This document shows, in pieces, positions 1-9,483 of a stretch of DNA of 64,000 nucleotides. Numbering within the stretch: position 1 is the first letter of the stretch; every line of letters starts with the position of its first letter. The position numbers and the translations under genes are program-made. The notes beneath the pieces were generated by a model. That model was not told the origin of the DNA, did not search any database, and saw only the letters and a program-made list of their open reading frames with translations. Location of the stretch: positions 704,001 through 768,000 of the forward strand of contig CAVTNB010000001.1 of the NCBI GenBank assembly GCA_963736005.1, in the 5' to 3' direction. The DNA is from an uncultured Pseudomonadota bacterium. Its GTDB lineage: Bacteria; Vulcanimicrobiota; Vulcanimicrobiia; Eremiobacterales; Eremiobacteraceae.

Positions 1-1926
1 GAAGATGAGCTCGCCACCGCGCTTCACGCTCTGGCCCGCAATCCACAAGCGGTACGTGCAGTAGATCGTCGCCAGCGCAAAAAACGCGACGAAGATCTCC
101 GGCGTCGCGATTCGAGACTGCACGTAGAAATAGCCGCTCGAGAGGAGCAGGATGACTGAGGCGACCGCGGCCGGGGTTGAGGAAAAAAGCCGCTTGGCAA
201 ACGCGTACAGCAGCGGGACCGTCAGCGTGCCGAAGAGCGCGCTCATGAGCCGAGCGCCGACCGGATCGACTTTGTAGATGAGCGCACCGATCGTAAGGAT
301 CAATTTGGACAGCGGAGGATGCGTCCACTCGAACTGCGATACGTGATGGATGTACTCTTGGGCTGAGCGTGCATAGTAAATCTCGTCAAAAATCCGCTCC
401 GCGGGGCGTCCGATGTTCGTGTACAGGAGCGCCGCCGTGATGGCCATGAGTCCGCCGACGATGAGGTAATCGGTGCGAGTGAGCCCGACAAGGCCTTCCC
501 ACGCGAGGGGCGCAAGCCGGCGCGGCTGACCTTGTCCAATGACGAATTTCTTGAGCCGCTGAGTCGCGTCGTCCAATGAGTCGCCGATTTCGGGAATCAG
601 GTAGGTAGCCGCAACGATAAACAGACACGCGACGTTGAGAATCGAAAGAGGATGAACGAGAGCGGGCGCGAGATCGGCGCTGGGATTGTACAGATAGGCA
701 AGCGCGTAGAACAAATTGATCAAGAACGTGCCGGAGAGAATCACGTAGATAACGCGATTCACGATGTTGATGTTCCAAATCAGCGGACCAAACGCAAGGG
801 CCGAGAAGAGATAGCGCTCGTGCATGCGCGTGGCGAACATGAAGAGTCCGAGCAGGGAGAGGAAAAGCGCCATATAGAGCGATCCCTCGCGCTCCGTTTG
901 CTTGTAGTCTTTCCCAAGCGTCCGCCACTCGCGCACCACCACCGCAAAGACGAACGCACAGACGATCACGATGCCCCACGCCCACTGCGGCCAACCCGCG
1001 AATCCCGGCAGATTGGGGATGAGTTTGCTGTCGGGCTGCCAGAAATCCAAGCGCGTGGAGTAGAGGTTGAACGCATTGCACGAGTTGTACGGATACAGCG
1101 CGGTGCCCGTGTGGTAACGGTCGTAGAGCCACGCGATCACGTTGATCGGGTTGGTATCTGGTGCAAAAAACACGCTGCCGCCATAGGCGACGATAAAGCC
1201 CATGACGGGAACGAGCAGGATCCGCCACCATTGCGCGTTGCTGCGGAGCTGCCAAATCAGTAACGCCGGCGCCGCAGCGAGTGGCTGTGGCTTGATGAGC
1301 ACTGCCAATGCAAATGCCAGCCAAGCAAATTCGTATCGCTGCGTCAGCATCAAATATACAGACCAAACCAAGAACACCGCCGTCACCGAATCGGCTTGCC
1401 CCCAGTATGCCGAGACGAACCAGACCGCCGGGTTGAACACAACGATCGCCATGGCCCATACGCCGGCTTTGACTGACCACGTTCGGCGCACGATCAAAAA
1501 TGATAGATAGGCAAGGCCGATGTCGGCCAACACTGCCGGTAATTTCACCATGAGACGCAGCAAATCGACCGGCAGGTTGAACTGCGAAAGAAAATGATAG
1601 ATCGCGCCAAAGAACGCGAGGATGAGCATGTAGCCGGGCGGGTAATCCACAAAGCCGGCGTGTCCGTAGAACCCCGGGATGCCGTACTTGATAACGCTCA
1701 ACATCCAGGACTCAAAGGTCCCGATGTCCGTCTCATGCCCGTGCATGGGCATGAAGATCGCTCGGACGAGCAGGCCCACCAACAAAATGACGACAACGGC
1801 CTGCACTTCGGCGAGGCTTAAGCGCCCTCTGTTCGGCTCGCCTAGAGCACCATCAGGAGACGAAGCAGCTGGCACACCAGCTACGTCCTGCTTGGATCCC
1901 TGTTTTGACTTCACGGTTTCTGCCAC
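1..1926 (-). CDS. Polytopic membrane glycosyltransferase (partial, runs off the window): N-terminal GT-C (GT87/ALG-like) domain fused to a C-terminal protein O-mannosyltransferase (PMT/GT39-like) domain
   Basis: Translated by hand from GTG 1926 (MAETVKSK...); it is absent from the ORF track because no stop falls in the window. Many TM segments; motifs DYPPGY, WGQADS, IKPQP, MHERY, then FDEIYYARSA, WTHPPLSK and VQSRIATPE typical of PMT-family proteins. Confidence 0.75.
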   Translation of the reverse strand, partial: MAETVKSKQGSKQDVAGVPAASSPDGALGEPNRGRLSLAEVQAVVVILLVGLLVRAIFMPMHGHETDIGTFESWMLSVIKYGIPGFYGHAGFVDYPPGYMLILAFFGAIYHFLSQFNLPVDLLRLMVKLPAVLADIGLAYLSFLIVRRTWSVKAGVWAMAIVVFNPAVWFVSAYWGQADSVTAVFLVWSVYLMLTQRYEFAWLAFALAVLIKPQPLAAAPALLIWQLRSNAQWWRILLVPVMGFIVAYGGSVFFAPDTNPINVIAWLYDRYHTGTALYPYNSCNAFNLYSTRLDFWQPDSKLIPNLPGFAGWPQWAWGIVIVCAFVFAVVVREWRTLGKDYKQTEREGSLYMALFLSLLGLFMFATRMHERYLFSALAFGPLIWNINIVNRVIYVILSGTFLINLFYALAYLYNPSADLAPALVHPLSILNVACLFIVAATYLIPEIGDSLDDATQRLKKFVIGQGQPRRLAPLAWEGLVGLTRTDYLIVGGLMAITAALLYTNIGRPAERIFDEIYYARSAQEYIHHVSQFEWTHPPLSKLILTIGALIYKVDPVGARLMSALFGTLTVPLLYAFAKRLFSSTPAAVASVILLLSSGYFYVQSRIATPEIFVAFFALATIYCTYRLWIAGQSVKRGGELIF

Positions 1927-1943
1927 ACGTTATGCCCGGTCCC

Positions 1944-1975
1944 AGACAATAAGACAATAAGACAATAAGACAATA
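1944..1975. repeat. Simple sequence repeat (AGACAATA)x4
   Basis: Four perfect 8-bp copies plus a partial copy, ending 17 bp upstream of the glycosyltransferase start. Confidence 0.95.
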
Positions 1976-2050
1976 AGATAGTTATCGGCAACACTGCGGC
2001 GCTTGCGCGATTGCGCGCTGCGAACCTGCCAATTCATGAAGCATGCGAGA

Positions 2051-2665
2051 TCAGTCAACAGTCAGCTGCGGCAAGGCAAGGGCGAGCACTGCTGACGCTA
2101 AGCGTGCGCACCGCGGCGCCTCGCGCCAGAGCCAGAGCGCTTGCGGCCACAACCGCGGCCGGCCGAGCACACGTGCAGGTTTGAGCCAGGCGTCGGATAG
2201 TTCTTGTTGCGGAGTGTCAAGGATGACTCGCAGCGCGGCGATCCGGCGCGCGTGCAAAAACCCGGTCTCCATGTCGACAGCGACAAAGCCGCGCTGCGCC
2301 CATTGCGTGCGAGCGCTACCGGTGATGAGCGTCCTGCTCGTCAGCAAGGGCTCCTGCAACGGCGTGCGGCCGAGTCGCATTGCTGCAGCAACTAATGACG
2401 CGCTCAAACGCTGGTCGCAGTTTATGGTCTCGCCGCTGGGTGTCGCGACTTCCTTTGGTATCACGATAGACCCGGTCGGCACGTCCTCCCTCAGACCACC
2501 TGCAAGTCCGCAGCTCACCACAATGTCGTACTCATGAGCGCTGATGCCGGCAAGGCCAACGCCTGTTTGGATCACGCGTACGTCCGGGGCGGCGCGGCGA
2601 ATGGCTGCCGCTTCGAGCCCGGTGGCCGCGATGATGGTTAAGGAAGCTTCAATTGAGGTAACCAT
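2051..2665 (-). CDS. hpnG: Hopanoid-associated nucleoside phosphorylase
   Basis: TGVG, VVSCGLAGGL, AVDMET and ALRVILD motifs of the PNP/MTAN family; last gene of the hopanoid operon; start uncertain. Confidence 0.75.
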   Translation of the reverse strand: MVTSIEASLTIIAATGLEAAAIRRAAPDVRVIQTGVGLAGISAHEYDIVVSCGLAGGLREDVPTGSIVIPKEVATPSGETINCDQRLSASLVAAAMRLGRTPLQEPLLTSRTLITGSARTQWAQRGFVAVDMETGFLHARRIAALRVILDTPQQELSDAWLKPARVLGRPRLWPQALWLWREAPRCARLASAVLALALPQLTVD

Positions 2666-3626
2666 TCGCGCGATACCATGCGACCGCGCGGGCAAGCGCA
2701 CCGCGCACGGAACCGGCACGATATGCCAGTTCTTGCTTCGCCTTACTGCAGTCCACGTACATGTGCTCGCGCGCCATGCGAACTCCCTCGAGCGGCACCG
2801 CGGGTTCTGATCTTGGCACGATGCGGCAACGCAGTTCATCGAGCACGCCGGCGGTCAGCGCCACAACGTGGGGGAGGCGTAATGTGGGTGCGCGTCGGCC
2901 CGTCACCTCGGCTAACAGGTCCCAGAGTTGATCGAACGAGAGATTTTCGCCGCCGATAAGGTATCGCTCGCGCGGCGTGCCGTGCCTCAGCGCCGCGACG
3001 TGGGCCGAAGCAACATCCTCCACTGCCACGAGATTGAGGCCTCCACCGGGGGGTCGAGCCGGTATTCGTCCGCGAGCGAAATCAAGCACGAGGCGCCCCG
3101 TCGGCGTCGGTTTCCAGTCGCCGGGCCCGACTGGAGCGCTCGGGAGGAGCAGCACCACCGGCACTCGGGCTGCGAGGGCAGCTCGCTCCTGTTCGAGCTT
3201 GGAGCGATGGTATGCAGAACCACCTGCGTGAAATGCGTGCGTTTTTTCGGTGGCGGCAATCCCATTTTTCGCCGGGCCGACGGTTGAGCCGCTCGACGTA
3301 ACGACCGCGCGCTGCACGCCAGCGATGCGCGCCGCTTCCAAAACGGCGGCCGTTCCCGCGACGTTCACGCGTTGCATCACCGACCGATCGCGGGGAGCAA
3401 ACGAGTACAGCGCTGCGCAATGGACGAGGAATTGACACCCCCGCATCGCCCGAGCGAGCTCTCCCGCGCGGGTGAGATCGCCACTGACGATTTGTGCACC
3501 CTCCACCTGCGCTCCGGCTCGACGAACGAGCGCCCGCACGCGATAACCCTCCGCCGCAAGCGCGCGAGCTACGTGGCTGCCAATGAAGCCGGTGGCCCCG
3601 GTAACAAAAACAAACTCACTTGGCAA
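2649..3626 (-). CDS. hpnA: Hopanoid-associated NAD-dependent epimerase/dehydratase
   Basis: GATGFIG Rossmann motif, YHRSK catalytic motif, PVGPGDWKPTPTG signature. Confidence 0.9.
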   Translation of the reverse strand: MPSEFVFVTGATGFIGSHVARALAAEGYRVRALVRRAGAQVEGAQIVSGDLTRAGELARAMRGCQFLVHCAALYSFAPRDRSVMQRVNVAGTAAVLEAARIAGVQRAVVTSSGSTVGPAKNGIAATEKTHAFHAGGSAYHRSKLEQERAALAARVPVVLLLPSAPVGPGDWKPTPTGRLVLDFARGRIPARPPGGGLNLVAVEDVASAHVAALRHGTPRERYLIGGENLSFDQLWDLLAEVTGRRAPTLRLPHVVALTAGVLDELRCRIVPRSEPAVPLEGVRMAREHMYVDCSKAKQELAYRAGSVRGALARAVAWYRANGYLN

Positions 3627-4623
3627 GAGCGGCCCGCAGCATTTCTTTGGGTGAGCCCATGGTCATGTTCACAGCGGTTGGCTCGTAACCGCAGTGGGCC
3701 ATGCAGTTCTCACACTTGGGATGACGGCCGCGACCATACTTCGACCAGTCAGTCTCCCCGATAAGCTCTTTGTAGCTTTTGGCATACGGCTCGGACGACA
3801 TGAGGTAGCACGGTCGCTGCCAGCCTAACACCGAGTACGACGGTATTCCCCATGCGGTGCACGCAAAGTCAACCTTGCCCTCGAGGAAATCTAAATACAT
3901 CGGGCTGTGGTTAAGGCGCCAACGCTTCCGCCGACCGTCCCCAAACGCTTCGCGGAAAATCGCTCGCGTACGCTCGACGCCGAGAAAGTGCTCTTGGTCC
4001 GGCGCTTTTTCGTAGGCGAAGCCTGGAGCGATCTGCATTTCGTCAACTTCGAGCTCGTCGTTGAGGTAATCAAGGACGTCGCGGATGGAACGCGCATCGT
4101 CTTGCCCGAAAAACGTGGAGTTCGTCGTCACGCGGAAGCCTCGCCGTTTCGCTTCACGTACGGCCTCCACAGCTTTGTCAAAAATACCTGTACGGCACAC
4201 AGACTGATCGTGACGTTCGCGCAGACCATCAAGGTGGACTGACCAAGCAAAATACTGTGAGGGCTTGAAGAGATCGAGCTTTCTTTGCATCAGAATTGCA
4301 TTCGTGCATAAGTAAACGAAGCGACGGCGCTCGATCAAAGCGCGGGCGATCTCGTGGATCTCTCGGTGAATGAGCGGCTCGCCACCAGCAATAGAGACGA
4401 TCGGCGCCTCGCACTCGAGAGCGGCCGCGACGCATTCGTCCACGCTCAAGCGGCGCGCCAAAATGTCATCTGGGTGCTGGATTTTGCCGCAGCCGGCGCA
4501 TGCGAGATTACAAAAATACAAAGGTTCGAGTTGCAGGACGAGCGCGTATCGCTCGATGCCGCGCAAGCGTTTGCCGCTTACGTACGCGGCGACGGCCAGC
4601 TTTTGAGCTAAAGGAATGCTCAC
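3616..4623 (-). CDS. hpnH: Adenosyl-hopene transferase, radical SAM
   Basis: LEPLYFCNLACAGCGKI (CxxxCxxC), SIAGGEPL, C-terminal KCENCMAHCGYEP; adjacent to shc. Confidence 0.95.
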   Translation of the reverse strand: MSIPLAQKLAVAAYVSGKRLRGIERYALVLQLEPLYFCNLACAGCGKIQHPDDILARRLSVDECVAAALECEAPIVSIAGGEPLIHREIHEIARALIERRRFVYLCTNAILMQRKLDLFKPSQYFAWSVHLDGLRERHDQSVCRTGIFDKAVEAVREAKRRGFRVTTNSTFFGQDDARSIRDVLDYLNDELEVDEMQIAPGFAYEKAPDQEHFLGVERTRAIFREAFGDGRRKRWRLNHSPMYLDFLEGKVDFACTAWGIPSYSVLGWQRPCYLMSSEPYAKSYKELIGETDWSKYGRGRHPKCENCMAHCGYEPTAVNMTMGSPKEMLRAALAK

Positions 4624-6515
4624 GTTCTCACCCTTTCGACTGGCTGTTCCCAGGTAGCGGGGCGGGGCGCCGCCATCGCGCGATCACCCGCAAGCGCCAT
4701 CATCGGGAACAGATGTCTATACATATGGTAGTTGATGTAGAAATCACCCGGAAACCCTGTTCCTGTATGTTCGAACTCGTGCCAGGTCCCCTCCACCTGA
4801 TGCTCGCGAAGAAACCCGAGTCCTTGCTGACAGGCGCCGTGCGCGCCCAGACCGGCGGATTGCAGCGCCAGCACCGCCCATGCTGTTTGCGACGGGGTGC
4901 TCGTGCCCACGCCGGCAAACGACGCGTCCTTGTACGAGTGGCATGTCTCGCCCCATCCGCCGTCGGGGTTTTGCACCGAAAGCAACCACTGCCCGGCAGT
5001 GCGCATCCGATCTCCATCGACGTGCAGCGCCTTAAGAGCATCGAGCACGCACCAGGTGCCATAGATATGGTTGACGCCCCAGCGACCGAACCACGACCCG
5101 GCTGAGGCTTGCGTTCGTCGAAGATACGCAAGGCCGCTCGCCACGTGCGGCTCATCCGTCCGGTAGTTGAGGGCCGCCAGCATCTCTAAGACGTGCGCCG
5201 TGACGTCTTCGGACGGTGGATCGATCATTGCGCCGAAGTCGGCGAATGGGATGCTGTACGCAATGCGGCGCGTGTTGTTGCGGTCGAAGGCTGCCCACGC
5301 TCCGTTTTGGGAACGCATCGCGAGCACCCAACGCGTAGCGCGGTCGACGGCGCGAGCGACGCGCTCGGGTCTGCCACCTTCAAGCAGCGCGCAGACGACC
5401 ACGGCGGTGTCATCGACATCGGGATAGAGGTCGTTGTCAAATTCAAATGCCCAGCCCCCGCATGGCACGTTCTTGCAACGCACGGTCCAGTCGCCGTCGC
5501 ATTCGATTTGCTCGCGGATGAGCCAATCGATGGCCGACGCCATCGCGTCGTGGTTTGCGCCCACACCTGCGGCATGCAGTGCTCTGACTGCCCATGCCGT
5601 ATCCCAGACCGGTGACATGCACGCCGAAAAGCGCCAACCGCGGCTATCGCAAACCGAAAAGCGCTCCATCCCTGCCAGACCCTTTTGCATCACTGGATGA
5701 TGCGAATCCATACCTTCAAGACTGAGCGCAATGAGCGAATAGACCCAGGGAGGTTGAATACCGCCCCAACTTCCATCGGCTTCTTGATGGTCGAGAATCC
5801 AGTTTGCAACGCGACGACGCGCCCGGTTGCGCCCCGGCTTGATTGGCAACTGTTCGTAGAGCTTGAGCAGCCTATCGAGCCACAAGAACGCTCCTCCACC
5901 TGCTACATGGGAGAGCCGAGGCTGCGTACCGGCAAGGACGACTTCTGTAAGCTCCACGCCGAGTGGCCGCATCGGCCGTCGCGAGATGACAATCGTTAGC
6001 GGCGCAATCGTGCCGCGTGCCCAACAGGCGAAGTCGTACAAATTGAGTGGGACTATCGATGGCAGGTAGATCAGCTCCGGTGGCATTGTCGGAATGCCCT
6101 GCCATGGGTATTGACCAAAAAGCGCGAGCCAGATTTTGGTGAAAACGCGAGCTCGTTCGACGCCACCAAGCCTGGAGATAACCCTCAGCGCTCGCTTCAT
6201 AGGCGGACTCGCCGGATCGACTCCCAGTACCTTCAGTGCCGCATACGCTTCGATCGTGGTGCTCACGTCGGCCGGACCGTCATGGTAAAGAGCCCACGAA
6301 CCGTCATCGCGTTGGGCTTGAAGAATGTGCTCCCGGGCGCCGCCGCGGATTGGATCGAGACTGAGGTCCAGGAAACGCAAGAGCAGCACGTGCTCGGCGG
6401 TCATCGTGACGTTGGTTTCCAGTTCATCGGTCCACCAACCATCGGGGTGCTGATGCTGGAGAAGCCAGTCCGTCGACGCTTTCAGCGCATCATGCGACAA
6501 CTGCGACACCTCCAA
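4620..6515 (-). CDS. shc: Squalene-hopene cyclase
   Basis: DVDDTA catalytic motif, multiple QW repeats (QxxDGSW), SPVWDTAW, GTGFPGDFYINY. Confidence 0.97.
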   Translation of the reverse strand: MEVSQLSHDALKASTDWLLQHQHPDGWWTDELETNVTMTAEHVLLLRFLDLSLDPIRGGAREHILQAQRDDGSWALYHDGPADVSTTIEAYAALKVLGVDPASPPMKRALRVISRLGGVERARVFTKIWLALFGQYPWQGIPTMPPELIYLPSIVPLNLYDFACWARGTIAPLTIVISRRPMRPLGVELTEVVLAGTQPRLSHVAGGGAFLWLDRLLKLYEQLPIKPGRNRARRRVANWILDHQEADGSWGGIQPPWVYSLIALSLEGMDSHHPVMQKGLAGMERFSVCDSRGWRFSACMSPVWDTAWAVRALHAAGVGANHDAMASAIDWLIREQIECDGDWTVRCKNVPCGGWAFEFDNDLYPDVDDTAVVVCALLEGGRPERVARAVDRATRWVLAMRSQNGAWAAFDRNNTRRIAYSIPFADFGAMIDPPSEDVTAHVLEMLAALNYRTDEPHVASGLAYLRRTQASAGSWFGRWGVNHIYGTWCVLDALKALHVDGDRMRTAGQWLLSVQNPDGGWGETCHSYKDASFAGVGTSTPSQTAWAVLALQSAGLGAHGACQQGLGFLREHQVEGTWHEFEHTGTGFPGDFYINYHMYRHLFPMMALAGDRAMAAPRPATWEQPVERVRT

Positions 6516-7785
6516 GCACGCCCGCGATGAGTCGCGCTGCGGCGCTGCCGCTGCGCACTGCAGACTCCATAGTGTCGGGCCAACCCGTATCGGTCCACGA
6601 ACCGGCGATGGCCAGATTGGGAAACGACGTTTGCGGACCCGGCCGCTTTTGCGTTGGGGACGCTAGATACGTTGCCTCTGGATTTCGCGTGACGGCACTG
6701 CGGAGCAGCGTGGCGCCGGCGAGCGTCGGAATCGCGGTCTTGATCTCATTCCAACACTCCTGGCTCACCTGTGCCGCGGGCATGGTGAGGTATTTCTCTG
6801 CCGCGCTGAGACTGCAGCATAGGTACCCGCTCCGCTTCTCAAAGATCCACTGCAACGGCGAATCGAGCACAGCCGCGAAGTCGAATCCTAAATGCCCGCG
6901 ATCGTGCCACAGATGGACGTCGACGATGGGATGCGCTATGTAACCATCGAGCGCGGGTAACCCGAGTTGCTGCCCAACACCGCCCGCGACGAGCGAGAGC
7001 TGCGGCGGAGATAGTGCCAAGACCACCGCGTCAAAAGGAACTCTTTGACCGTCGCGCAGCGTGACGCCGTCCACTCCACCATGCGTGCGAGCGAACGATA
7101 CACCAGCGACGGGGGTTGAAAGATGCACACGGGCGAGCTTCGCAGCGGCCTTGCGGGCAACGTGGGCCAGTGGAATCGTCGCATACCCAAAGCGCGCCCC
7201 GCCAGCCTCGTGGAGAAACGCTGTCGACAGGACGAACGTGGCGTCCGCAGCACTGACCTCTTCGAGCGGCGCGTTGAGCGCTGGAACAAAAAATGGCCGC
7301 CAAAACGAGCGCAGCGCGTCTTCTGTTTGGCCGTGTTGCGTTAGCCATTGCGCAAAGGTGCCATCGAACGGTGTTGTTCCCGCCGCCCTGAGCGCTCGGG
7401 CGAGGCGCAGCTTATCGGGCCACGCGAGGTGGCGATAGCCAATGAACGATCCAAGCAAGTGCCAGGGCGCCGGCAAACCGACAGCGCGGAGTCTGCTTGC
7501 GACGCCATTGCGTGACAGGACGAGCGCATCGAAGCGCTCTTGCATGCGAACGAACTTTGACATGCCAACTCGATCGACGAATCGCAAGAACTCCGTGCAG
7601 CAGCCCAAAAAGACGTGCTGTCCGTTATCCACTTCCACGCCGTCAACAAGGAACGAGGTCGCGCGTCCGCCGAGCAGGCGGCTGCGCTCGAAGACCTCGA
7701 CATGGAAGCCCGCATCGGTGAGGTCGGTGCCGGCCGCGAGGCCTGCAAGGCCTGCACCAACCACCGCTACCCGGCCTGCAGCCAC
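6490..7785 (-). CDS. hpnE: Hydroxysqualene dehydroxylase (FAD-dependent)
   Basis: GAGLAGL FAD motif, DNGQHVFLGC, TGWPDTMESAVRSG; start moved to GTG 7785 behind a GGAG. Confidence 0.9.
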   Translation of the reverse strand: MAAGRVAVVGAGLAGLAAGTDLTDAGFHVEVFERSRLLGGRATSFLVDGVEVDNGQHVFLGCCTEFLRFVDRVGMSKFVRMQERFDALVLSRNGVASRLRAVGLPAPWHLLGSFIGYRHLAWPDKLRLARALRAAGTTPFDGTFAQWLTQHGQTEDALRSFWRPFFVPALNAPLEEVSAADATFVLSTAFLHEAGGARFGYATIPLAHVARKAAAKLARVHLSTPVAGVSFARTHGGVDGVTLRDGQRVPFDAVVLALSPPQLSLVAGGVGQQLGLPALDGYIAHPIVDVHLWHDRGHLGFDFAAVLDSPLQWIFEKRSGYLCCSLSAAEKYLTMPAAQVSQECWNEIKTAIPTLAGATLLRSAVTRNPEATYLASPTQKRPGPQTSFPNLAIAGSWTDTGWPDTMESAVRSGSAAARLIAGVLGGVAVVA

Positions 7786-8630
7786 GACTCCACCACCACG
7801 TGCAACTTTTCTGCATGGTTGAGCGATGCGCGGGCGCTCAGCGGCAGCCAAGGATTGGCTTCGATCTTGCCGAGGATTCGCTCGTAGATCCCCGCCATCG
7901 TTTTGACGCACACCGCGGATCGACGAGGGATGTAATCGAGCACGCGCAGCCCCGATGCATACATGCGTGCGGCGCGCGCGGCTTCGAAGCGCACAAATTG
8001 CGGCCAGGCGGCGCCGCCGCGACTGCACAGCAGATCGGATTCAGTGATGCCGAAGCGCTCCAGCTCGTCTCCGGGGAGATAGATTCGGCCCCTAGCAGCG
8101 TCCTCACGCACGTCACGCAGAATATTGGTAAGCTGCAGCGCCAACCCGAGCTCCTCCGCGTGCTCGAGCGCCACCGCAGCCGTGTACCCGAAGATGCGCA
8201 CGCACATGCGACCGACCACCGAAGCAACTAGCCGACAGTACTCGCGTAGGTCGGACCACGTGGCATACCGGGTGCGGTGCAGATCGGTCTCAACGCCGTC
8301 GATGAGTTCTTGAAGTTCAGATTCAGGGATGTGGTAGCGCGCGATTGCCAAAGACAAGACCTGCGTCACCGGATCGGAATATTCACCGCGCATGCATGCG
8401 CGAATCCGAAGACGATGTGCCTCAAGGCGCGCGCGCAAGTCGGAGCCCACGTGCTCGTCTGCGTCATCGTCGACCTGCCGTGCAAAATCATACAACGCGT
8501 AGACGGCGGTGCGCTGCTCGTGGGGCAGCGAGATGAAACCCCAGTAGAAGTTCTTTGCATTGCGCCGTGCGAGCGCGCCGCAGCAGCGCTCCGAGTTACG
8601 CAAGTCAAGGGCCGTTTCAACTTCTCTCAC
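7767..8630 (-). CDS. hpnD: Presqualene diphosphate synthase
   Basis: KNFYWG, DDDAD, YCRLVASVVG and LQLTNILRDVRED motifs. Confidence 0.88.
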   Translation of the reverse strand: MREVETALDLRNSERCCGALARRNAKNFYWGFISLPHEQRTAVYALYDFARQVDDDADEHVGSDLRARLEAHRLRIRACMRGEYSDPVTQVLSLAIARYHIPESELQELIDGVETDLHRTRYATWSDLREYCRLVASVVGRMCVRIFGYTAAVALEHAEELGLALQLTNILRDVREDAARGRIYLPGDELERFGITESDLLCSRGGAAWPQFVRFEAARAARMYASGLRVLDYIPRRSAVCVKTMAGIYERILGKIEANPWLPLSARASLNHAEKLHVVVESWLQAG

Positions 8631-8634
8631 GCGC

Positions 8635-9483
8635 TCAAGCCGCTTCCAGTTTTTTTGCGTCGCGGTTCTCGCGCAGGCTTAAAACGCACGCACGCAGCAG
8701 CAGGAGAGCTTTTGCTGTTTTGGATACTTGGGGCCGATGCTTATCGGTTGCAAAGCCTTGATGTGCGATCGCGTCAACGATTGCCAACCCGCCGAGACGG
8801 TAGAGCATCAGCTGCACCCGATAGGCAAATGGCGCCATTGCCTCGAGCGCAACGCCGCAAGCCAACAGGTCGCGTGCGCGTTCGCACAATGAGCGGACGG
8901 CAAGCGCTGTGCCCCCAGCCCGCAGGTCTGACTGTAGCAGATAGCAGCGGCCGCGTGCGGTGTCGCGAGCGACATCCTGCGCGTGATTGGCGAGCTGCAA
9001 GCCGATGCACACTTCATCGGAAAGCGATGTCGCTTTGGGAGCCATGAGTCCAAAGACGGGCAACACCATGCGCCCAACCGGCGCCGCGGACAACTCGCAG
9101 TAGGCGCGTAACTGCTGCCATGATTCATACGCCGTGACCTGCTGATCCTGGACGTTCGCTTGGATGAGATCCAAAAACGGTTGTTGAGGAATCCGACAGC
9201 GCGCCACGGTTTCCCGAAGCGCGATGAGCACCGGATGCACTGGTTCCGCGCCAGCGAACAGGCCTGCGACCTCGTCGCGCCAGCGGTCAAGGCGTTCGAT
9301 CGCGCGGTCGCCGCTTTCATCGCCAAGATCGTCGGTCGTCCTGCAGTACGCGTAGATGCGGGTCAGGTCACGCGCCTGTTGGCCCCGCACGAGGCCGCAG
9401 ACGACGACGAAATTCTCATAGTGCCGCCGCGCGAGAAACCGGCAATATTCGTCGGCCGACGTAAGCGCAGTGAGTTCGTTCAC
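8635..9483 (-). CDS. hpnC: Hydroxysqualene synthase
   Basis: HYENF, DDLGDE, SAAPVGR and LQLANHAQDV motifs characteristic of HpnC. Confidence 0.88.
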   Translation of the reverse strand: MNELTALTSADEYCRFLARRHYENFVVVCGLVRGQQARDLTRIYAYCRTTDDLGDESGDRAIERLDRWRDEVAGLFAGAEPVHPVLIALRETVARCRIPQQPFLDLIQANVQDQQVTAYESWQQLRAYCELSAAPVGRMVLPVFGLMAPKATSLSDEVCIGLQLANHAQDVARDTARGRCYLLQSDLRAGGTALAVRSLCERARDLLACGVALEAMAPFAYRVQLMLYRLGGLAIVDAIAHQGFATDKHRPQVSKTAKALLLLRACVLSLRENRDAKKLEAA

